Of a stretch of DNA of 64,000 nt, positions 57,319 to 64,000 are shown piece after piece (the first letter of the stretch is position 1; each line of letters starts with the position of its first letter). The stretch is from an uncultured Actinomycetes bacterium (GTDB lineage: Bacteria; Actinomycetota; UBA4738; HRBIN12), in the NCBI GenBank assembly GCA_963704885.1, contig CAVPIB010000001.1, positions 320,001-384,000 on the forward strand, read 5' to 3'. The translations under genes were made by a program, and so were the position numbers. The notes under the pieces were generated by a model. It was not told the DNA's origin. It did not search any database and worked only from the letters and a program-made list of their open reading frames with translations.

Positions 57319-58464
57319 TCAGAGGTCCGGACGGGGCGGGAGCTGAGCGAACCCCGTCGGCGACGACTGGCCTTCGATCACCCGTCGGTACCACTGTTCC
57401 ACGTCGTGCGGGCCGAGCGCCCCCACCAGGACTCCGTCCTTCAGCACCAGTCCGTCCCTGCCGCCCAGCCATTCGAACGCTTCGTCCAAGGTCTCGTCGG
57501 GATCCACGACGGGGGTCTGGTTCAGCGGGATCACGGCGTCGCGCGCCGGGCGCATGGGATCGCGCGCGCCCACGCGCCGCGCGCTCTGCATGGAGATCGT
57601 TCCGATCACGCGGCCGCCGTCGACGAGAGGGAACGCCTGACCCTTCGACCCGCGGAGCGAGTGGTCCAGCGCCTCCGCCAGGCTGATGTCCGCAGGCACG
57701 GCCGCGGGCGGCGGGCGCATGGCCTCTGCCACCCGGCCCTTCAGCAACCGGTCGCGGAACGCGATCCGCTGGTCCATGCCCCGCCCGGTGGCGATCAAGA
57801 TCGCGGCCAGGTATCCGAAGAACAACCCCAGCCCCACATCCTCGTTGGAGATCGCCCACACGGCGCCCGCGCCGAACCCGACGCCGACCATCACGCCTGA
57901 CCATCCGGCCACCCGCATCGCCGTTCGGCGGTTCTTGGTGGCGCCCCAAACGATCGCCAACAGCATCCGTCCACCGTCGAGCGGGAACCCCGGCAACGCG
58001 TTCAGGATCGCCAGGACCAGCGAGAGCCAAGCCAGGTACCCGATCAGATGAGAGGCGACACCTTCGGTTGCCTGCGCGATAGCTTCGAACAGGCCCGCGA
58101 TGATGAGCGTGCTGGCCGGTCCCACGAACGCCACCAGGAACTCGCCGAGCGGACCGCGGGCGTTGGCCCGCGTCTCGGTGGCGCCGCCCCAGAAGACCAG
58201 CGTCACGCTGCGCACTGGCAGATCCAGCCGGCGAGCCATCACGGCGTGAGCCGTCTCATGAAGCAGGATGCTGCCGAAGAACAGCACGGCGGCCAACACG
58301 GCCAGGATGATCGCCTCTGAGGAGCCGATCACCACCGGTCCGAACCGGATCAGGTTGGCGTAGGTGCTCCACACGTAGAGCGCCGCGATCCACACCCACG
58401 ACGTGCTCACGTACAGAGGGATCCCGCGAACGGTCGCGACCTTCCACCGCTGTCCGGTCAGCAT
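57319..58464 (-). CDS. Site-2 protease (M50) with CBS domains
   Basis: HETAH (HExxH), VAFVGP, NALPGFPLDGGR and C-terminal CBS pair. Confidence 0.92.
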   Translation of the reverse strand: MLTGQRWKVATVRGIPLYVSTSWVWIAALYVWSTYANLIRFGPVVIGSSEAIILAVLAAVLFFGSILLHETAHAVMARRLDLPVRSVTLVFWGGATETRANARGPLGEFLVAFVGPASTLIIAGLFEAIAQATEGVASHLIGYLAWLSLVLAILNALPGFPLDGGRMLLAIVWGATKNRRTAMRVAGWSGVMVGVGFGAGAVWAISNEDVGLGLFFGYLAAILIATGRGMDQRIAFRDRLLKGRVAEAMRPPPAAVPADISLAEALDHSLRGSKGQAFPLVDGGRVIGTISMQSARRVGARDPMRPARDAVIPLNQTPVVDPDETLDEAFEWLGGRDGLVLKDGVLVGALGPHDVEQWYRRVIEGQSSPTGFAQLPPRPDL

Positions 58465-58746
58465 CCATCGAGCCTACCCGTGAGAGGGCGATCGAGTAGG
58501 GCCCCGACGTAGCCTCGACCTGTCCCAACGAGCCGAGGTCGCCACGAACAAAAGGTGTACTAGCGAATCAGACACCTGGGGACTCACAACCTCCAGCGAG
58601 TAGTGCGAACGAGGCCCGTAACACCTTCCCGAACGGCCCGTGCAGCCGAAACCTCCCTCTCCTTCGGTCGTCCACCCTCACTCTTTGCCAGATCGGACTT
58701 GACCGACCCCAGCTCGCACGTGCACCCGCCAAGCCTCCCTCGATAG

Positions 58747-58970
58747 CACGGGGTCGAGGAGCGCTTCTATCGCTCGCTCAAGTACGAACATCTCTGCCGC
58801 GAGAAATCGCCGACGCGATCGAGCTCGAGACCGCGGTTCGCAGCTACGGCGAGTCCAAATAGCGGGTGCGTCACCATGAATCGATAGGGCAGGTCACGCC
58901 GATCAGTGCCGACGTTGCTGCGTCCAACCTATCCGAGGCATGAAGTGTCCAAGGAACTTGACGCGGAACG
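58747..58970 (+). mobile_element. Degenerate IS3-family element remnant (integrase-core C-terminus plus right inverted repeat)
   Basis: Reads HGVEERFYRSLKYEHL.., then after a frameshift IADAIELETAVRSY..* RVRHHESIGQVTP, like the IS3 ERFxxSLK.E...YN..RPH..LG..TP end; followed by GTGTCCAAGGAACTTGACGCGGAAC, resembling an IS3 terminal repeat. Confidence 0.65.
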
Positions 58971-59108
58971 CCCCCACGGGCGGTTCCGTCATTGTCGCGG
59001 AGGGAGCGGGACCCGAACCAGGCATCTGGGCCTCCCTGGAGGTGGAGTACCCGTTCCGTCGAACCGAGCTGACCGAACATTGCCCGTGCTTGGTGGAGTG
59101 AGGCTCGG

Positions 59109-59408
59109 TCACCCAGCCCCTTGAGAGTCACCCGGGAGATCGACCTCTCCCGCCACGTAGCTTTCCCAGCCGGCCTCTTCGATGTCGCTCAAGTTGGCTA
59201 ATCGAGTCGTCCCTGGGCGTACGTGATCACCGCTGGGGAGCTCCCATGGTGCATCGTCCGGGTAGTAGTGTTTGTCGGTCCCAACGTCATCGGGGTGCAA
59301 CCAAATAGAACTGTCATCGCTACACATGAGCACAAGATGACCTTCAGTCGTGATTAGACCAACCAATACACCCTGCCCATCAGGGCACGCTCCAAAATGC
59401 GACCTCAT
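59109..59408 (-). CDS. Putative cognate immunity protein of the Rhs toxin (99 aa)
   Basis: ATG overlaps the Rhs TGA (ATGA at 59405-59408); small acidic protein with lower GC than the core genes. Confidence 0.7.
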   Translation of the reverse strand: MRSHFGACPDGQGVLVGLITTEGHLVLMCSDDSSIWLHPDDVGTDKHYYPDDAPWELPSGDHVRPGTTRLANLSDIEEAGWESYVAGEVDLPGDSQGAG

Positions 59409-62400
59409 GGTGACACCCCCAGTGGATAGTCGGGAAACGCGGTTATGACATTGGTTGAACCCCGCGTAACCACTAGCCGAATCCATTTGGTGGTCGGCCC
59501 GCCTGGTCCTCCCGCATTGCCAATGAACTCCTCCATCTCCACGTAGAATTTGGTCTTCGGCCCTTGCTCCTCCGAGAACGACTGCCCACTGAATCTGCGC
59601 TGCCACGCCCGATCAAGCAGGTCGAATACATCGCATGGATCGGCCACGCTGAACACACCGTGTTGAACTCCAGGCACTTCCTGCAAGTGGGCGAGTACGT
59701 GATCAGCCCTTGTCGAGAAAGGGGGCCTGTCGGGCCCGTAAACCAAACCCCCACGTGATCTGTAGGTTCGGGAACCAATCAGCTCAAGGGGACCATCCGG
59801 TTCATCGCAGTCAGCTGCCGTCTTGGCGCCGCCCCCGACGATCGGTGGCACTGGCGGAGCCGGTGTCCCGGGGTCCGAGGTGTCGTTGACCTCTTGGTCC
59901 GCATCGCCAGCGCTTCCAAGGTCCTCTTCCAAGTCAGCATCGTCACGCGCTCCCTGCATGCACCCTGGCATCATTGTGCACATCAAGACTCCGGCGATAA
60001 TCAGCATCGCCTGAGCCCCGATTGCAGCCATGATCACTCCGAATGCCGCACACACCGATGCACCTCGACAGGCCAGAGCGCCCCTTGAGGTCGCGAGGAG
60101 GCGACTTACGATGGACCGAGAAGCAATCTCTGCTTCGGGAATGGTCACCACGAACGCCTCGGGCGCAATCGGGGCGAGAACGTCGTGTCCGCTCGGGTCC
60201 AGATTCGATACAGGGTTGTTCGTCCCGTAGGCATACAGGTTGTATCCGGGGCTCCCTGACCCACCCGGGCGGACCGTATCTGCCTGGAGGAACCGGCCCA
60301 GCGCGGGGTCGAGCGTGCGGGCCCGCAGGTAGACACCACCGGTCGCATCGCTCGGCTCTCCCGTGAACCCGAAGCCGAGCGCCGTCCCCGACTGGGAGCG
60401 CGTGGCGCCAAAGACCTCGTACGTCCTCGACCCTACGCTCGCTCCTGAAGCGTTTGTGACCACCCGGACCGATCCGAGTGCATCCGTCAGGGGGTAGAGA
60501 TCTCCCCCGCCCGCCGCCTCGATCAAGCCGTCGGCGTGGAGATAGGCACGGCTCTCGTCGTCGACGACCGTCGGAAGTCCTCCCTCGCGATCGACCAGGT
60601 AGTCGACCGGCGTCGAGTCCACCTCGGAGCCAACGCGTTCACCGTCGCCGTCGTAGTTGTAAGTGGCGTCATGTCCGTTCGCGGTCGCTGAGACGAGCCG
60701 ATTGCCATAGTCGTGGCTGAAATCGTTGGTGCCCAACTCGGTGAGGTTCCCAGCGTCGTCGTTCGTCGCCGAGGCGGCCCCGACGCTCACGAGGCGGCCG
60801 GCGTCGTCGTAGGTGTAGGTCGTGGTGACCGAGTCGCGGGTTTCGGTGAGCCGGTTGCCGGCGTCGTCGTAGGTGTAGGAGACCTCTTCGCTGTCCGCGT
60901 ATTCCACGGCAACGAGCTGGCCGAGGTCGTCGTGGGTGTAGGTCTCGGTCCCGGCCTGGGTCGTCATCGAGGTCCGAAGGCCGCGGTCGTCGTACGTGTA
61001 GTCGAAGGATGCGAGCGTCGCGGCGTCCTTCACATGGTCGATCGATGAGATCCTGCCGGCGTCGTCGTAGACATAGGTGGACACGACCCCGTTCGGGCGA
61101 TCGATCTCGATCCGGCGTCCGTCCTCGTCGTAGTCGAACGTCGTCTCGTCGTTCGACGGGTCGGTGAGCGAGTCGAGCTGGCCCGCGAGGTCGTAGCCGT
61201 AGCCGATCTCCCGGCCGCCGGGAAGCGTCATCGCGTTGCGGCGGCCGGCCTCGTCCCAGTCGTAGGCGATCGTCCCGGCCGGCGCCGCGACCGAGCTCAT
61301 CTGACCGGCGTCGTCATAGCTGAAGGTCGTCGTGCCGGTGTCGTCGATCATCGAGGTCCGCCGACCCGCGTCATCGTACGCGTAGGTGACATCTCCGCCG
61401 GGGAACGTGACCGAGGTGGGCAGGCCCCGCTCGTCGTAGGTCCAGGCGGTCTCGACGCCGCGACCGTCCGTCCGCTCCACGAGCTGGCCACGCTCGTCGT
61501 AGACGAACTCGGTGACGTTGGAGAGCGGGTCCGTGACGCTCGTCCGGTTGCCCAGGGCGTCGTAGGCGTAGGTCCAGGTCTCGTCGTTCGGATCAGTGAG
61601 GATGGTCATCTGCCCGACGTCGTCGTAGCCGAACGCCACGGCACCTGAGAGCGCATCGGTGAGCGAGGTCATCCGCCCGGCCGCGTCGTAGGCGTAGGTC
61701 GTGGCGTTGGAGAGCGGATCGGTCTCGGTGATGAGCCGCCCAGCGTCGTCGTAGGCGTACGTGGAGACGTTGGAGAGCGGGTCGGTGACGCTCGTGCGGT
61801 TCCCCATGTCGTCGTAGGCGTGGGTAGTCTCCGCGCCCGAGGGGAGCAACACCGAGACCAGGCGTCCTGCGAGGTCATAGCCGTAGGTCGTTTCGTTCTC
61901 CAGGCCATCGGCGGTCGCGACGAGCTGGCCAGCGTCGTCGAACGTCGAGGTCGTCGTCCGCCCGGTCGGATCCGTGGTCTCGACGGTTCGGCCGACGGCG
62001 TCCAGGGTGTAGGTCGTGGTGTTGTCGAGCGGGTCGGTGACCCCGACGAGCCGGCCGGCGTCGTCGTAGGCATAGGACGTCGTGTTGGAGAGCGGATCGG
62101 TACCGGTCAGCTTCCGGCCCGCGTCGTCGTAGGTGTAGGAGGTGGTGTTGGACAGCGGATCGGTCACGGCGACGAGCTGGTTCGCCTCGTCGTAGGTGCT
62201 CACCGTCGAGTTCTCGAGGGCGTCGGTCGTCGTGGTGAGGTTCCCGGCCTCGTCGTAGGTGTAGCCGACGGTCGCGGCGTTCGGCAGCGTCGCCGAGGTG
62301 AGGCGTCCCGCGTCGTCGTAGGCGTAGGTCGTCTCGCGGTCGATCGCGTCGGTCTCTGAGACGAGGCGCCCGGCTTCGTCGTAGGCCCAGCTCGTGGTGT

Positions 62401-64000
62401 TCGAAAGCGGGTCGGTCTCGGAGATCAGCCGGCCGGCGTCGTCGTAGGCCCACGAGGTCGTGTGCGAGAGTGGATCGGTCATCGAGGTCATCCGAGCGTT
62501 GTCGTCGTATGTGTAGGTCGACGTGTTGGCGTTCGCGTCGGTCTTGGCCTCGACGAGCCCTCGCTCGTCGTAGTCCCAGAGCGTCTCGGCGCCTTCGGGG
62601 TCGGTGACCCGGATCAGGTGTCCAACCGCGTCGTATAAGAACTCGGTATCGCGATCCAGGGGATCGCGGATCAAGATCAGTCGGCCGAGGAGATCGTAGA
62701 AATACGTCGTGGTCGCATCGAGCGGATCGGTCTCGGTCTGGAGGCGCCCGGCCCCGTCGTAGGTGTAGGTCCAGGTGTGTGAAAGCGGATCGGTCTCGGT
62801 GAGCTTGTGACCGCCGTCGTCGTAGGTGTAGGTCCAGGTCTCCTCGAGCGGGTCGGTCTTGGAAGTCATGTTTCCGTCGGCGTCGTAGCTGAACGTCGTC
62901 TGGCGCTCCAGCGGGTCGGTCGAGGAGATGAGGTTCCCGTCTGAGTCGTAGGCGAGGGTGGTGGTGTTGTCGCGGCCGTCGGTGACGGTCGTCGGCAGAT
63001 GCTTCGCGTTGTACGTGAACGAGACGGGGTTCGCGAGCGGGTCGAGGAGCTCGTTCAGGTCCCCGTCGTAGTCGAAGTCGAACTCCCACTCGTTGAACGC
63101 GGGGTCGATGACGGCGTCGAGGTTCCCGTAGGCGTCGAAGAGGTAGGTGATGCGGTTGTCGAGGGGGTCTATCGCGTCGGTCGTTCGGTGCGCGGCGTCG
63201 AAGTAGAACACCGAGACCTCGGCCTCGGGGTCCGTGACCTCGGTCGCTCCCTTCCCCGGCGTGTCATAGGAGAGCTCGATCGTCGCGTCCGAGGCGTCGG
63301 TCTGGGAGATCACCCGACCCACCTCGTCGTAGGCGTAGGCGACGACCTGGTGCGCCTCCTGGTCCGTCACGGTCACCAGGCGATGCCGGTCGTAGGTGTA
63401 GGTGCGCTCTCCATCCTCGGGGTCGGTCACCGAGACGAGATCGCCCGAGCCGTCGTAGGCGTAGGCGTGAACGGCATCGAGCGGGTCGGTGACGGTGACG
63501 AGACGCCCGGAGCTGTAGGTAAGCGTGATGCTCCGGTCCCCCGGCGCCTCGACGCTACTGAGCAGGCCCCCGCCGTCGTAGGAAAGCGTGATCTCGTTGC
63601 CGTTCAGATCCTCGATCGAATCCAGGCGCCCGGCCGAGGTGAACCGGTAGATCTGGTTGTCCTTCGTCGTGAGCGTGAAGCTGCCGTCGCCCTCCTCGAC
63701 GAGCTCGGAATGCACGCGCGGATCTACGGGGGTGTAGTCGCCGACGAACTCGTCGAAGAACTCCTCGCGACCCGAGCCGTACACGACCGCGACGTCGGAG
63801 CTCACGAACTCGAGGTGGGTGTCGTAGGTGTGCGTCCATCGGTAGCCGAGCGTGCCGTAGGCGTCCGAGTGGGCGTTGTAGTAGCGGGTGAAGGTGAGCG
63901 GCATCGTGCCGGGGAGCGAGAGGTCCTGCTCGGCGAAAGCGACGTTGCCGGTCGTCGTGTCGATCCCGAGACCGACCCGGGAGGAGAAGGGCTCGGACAC
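59405..64000 (-). CDS. Rhs/YD-repeat polymorphic toxin (5' end lies beyond the window) with EndoU-like C-terminal domain
   Basis: DUF6531-like GNVAFAEQDLSLPG..FTRYYN, dozens of YxYD.xGRL repeats, core YNLYAYGTNNPVSNLDPSG, and variable C-terminus with HVLAH..HGVF..VITAFP. Confidence 0.92.
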   Translation of the reverse strand: MSEPFSSRVGLGIDTTTGNVAFAEQDLSLPGTMPLTFTRYYNAHSDAYGTLGYRWTHTYDTHLEFVSSDVAVVYGSGREEFFDEFVGDYTPVDPRVHSELVEEGDGSFTLTTKDNQIYRFTSAGRLDSIEDLNGNEITLSYDGGGLLSSVEAPGDRSITLTYSSGRLVTVTDPLDAVHAYAYDGSGDLVSVTDPEDGERTYTYDRHRLVTVTDQEAHQVVAYAYDEVGRVISQTDASDATIELSYDTPGKGATEVTDPEAEVSVFYFDAAHRTTDAIDPLDNRITYLFDAYGNLDAVIDPAFNEWEFDFDYDGDLNELLDPLANPVSFTYNAKHLPTTVTDGRDNTTTLAYDSDGNLISSTDPLERQTTFSYDADGNMTSKTDPLEETWTYTYDDGGHKLTETDPLSHTWTYTYDGAGRLQTETDPLDATTTYFYDLLGRLILIRDPLDRDTEFLYDAVGHLIRVTDPEGAETLWDYDERGLVEAKTDANANTSTYTYDDNARMTSMTDPLSHTTSWAYDDAGRLISETDPLSNTTSWAYDEAGRLVSETDAIDRETTYAYDDAGRLTSATLPNAATVGYTYDEAGNLTTTTDALENSTVSTYDEANQLVAVTDPLSNTTSYTYDDAGRKLTGTDPLSNTTSYAYDDAGRLVGVTDPLDNTTTYTLDAVGRTVETTDPTGRTTTSTFDDAGQLVATADGLENETTYGYDLAGRLVSVLLPSGAETTHAYDDMGNRTSVTDPLSNVSTYAYDDAGRLITETDPLSNATTYAYDAAGRMTSLTDALSGAVAFGYDDVGQMTILTDPNDETWTYAYDALGNRTSVTDPLSNVTEFVYDERGQLVERTDGRGVETAWTYDERGLPTSVTFPGGDVTYAYDDAGRRTSMIDDTGTTTFSYDDAGQMSSVAAPAGTIAYDWDEAGRRNAMTLPGGREIGYGYDLAGQLDSLTDPSNDETTFDYDEDGRRIEIDRPNGVVSTYVYDDAGRISSIDHVKDAATLASFDYTYDDRGLRTSMTTQAGTETYTHDDLGQLVAVEYADSEEVSYTYDDAGNRLTETRDSVTTTYTYDDAGRLVSVGAASATNDDAGNLTELGTNDFSHDYGNRLVSATANGHDATYNYDGDGERVGSEVDSTPVDYLVDREGGLPTVVDDESRAYLHADGLIEAAGGGDLYPLTDALGSVRVVTNASGASVGSRTYEVFGATRSQSGTALGFGFTGEPSDATGGVYLRARTLDPALGRFLQADTVRPGGSGSPGYNLYAYGTNNPVSNLDPSGHDVLAPIAPEAFVVTIPEAEIASRSIVSRLLATSRGALACRGASVCAAFGVIMAAIGAQAMLIIAGVLMCTMMPGCMQGARDDADLEEDLGSAGDADQEVNDTSDPGTPAPPVPPIVGGGAKTAADCDEPDGPLELIGSRTYRSRGGLVYGPDRPPFSTRADHVLAHLQEVPGVQHGVFSVADPCDVFDLLDRAWQRRFSGQSFSEEQGPKTKFYVEMEEFIGNAGGPGGPTTKWIRLVVTRGSTNVITAFPDYPLGVSP
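60700..63700 (-). repeat. Tandem YD (about 21-aa) coding repeats within the Rhs gene
   Basis: Recurrent gtcgtcgtaggcgtag / gagcggatcggt units encoding TDPLSNTTSYAYDDAGRL; boundaries approximate. Confidence 0.85.

Noticed and set aside
58871-59131. ORFs 58871..59131, 58903..59112 and 58906..59124 as a second immunity gene or orphan toxin
   Set aside because: They overlap the IS remnant and its terminal repeat, and show no RBS or recognisable motifs
60700-63700. Regularly spaced repeats that might suggest a CRISPR array
   Set aside because: They are degenerate in-frame YD repeats of the Rhs protein, not identical direct repeats with unique spacers; no cas genes are present
265-63839. Many long alternative-frame and antisense ORFs (e.g. 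1352..2362, 18360..20192, 28541..30001, 51708..53234, 61875..63089)
   Set aside because: Shadow ORFs of high-GC coding sequence; they overlap well-supported genes, are Arg/Pro/Gly-rich and carry no family motifs

Overview
High-GC chromosomal window from an actinobacterium, probably a deep-branching lineage (inferred from AdnAB, WhiB, the ponA-PASTA/YqeY/tRNA-Pro synteny, a large Alu-domain SRP RNA and many apparently leaderless genes). It is mostly core genome: iclR(ndgR)-leuCD, pncB, tadA, two tRNA-Ser, ffs-dnaX-recR, ask-asd, rpsD, tRNA-Pro, ponA, whiB, ridA, selA-selB, a stand-alone nuoD, crp and adnAB. The strongest candidate for an undescribed system is a five-gene lipid operon at 25.1-31.8 kb: fatty acyl-CoA reductase/HAD fusion, Zn-dehydrogenase, LarA-family protein with an altered active site, PlsC acyltransferase and TetR, with a palindromic operator in its promoter. 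It could make ether lipids or wax esters. Other highlights are an Rhs toxin with an EndoU-like tip plus a coupled immunity gene next to an IS3 scar, an orphan nuoD close to a MidA/NDUFAF7-type methyltransferase, an ADP-ribosylglycohydrolase lacking catalytic aspartates, AdnAB with 4-Cys Fe-S motifs in both nuclease domains, a degenerate Crp facing an intact stand-alone cNMP domain, and a bidirectional -10 element. Three genes carry +1 frameshifts in short homopolymers, most likely sequencing errors. No CRISPR array, prophage or intact integrase was seen. All family calls come from motif recognition by eye, not database searches.
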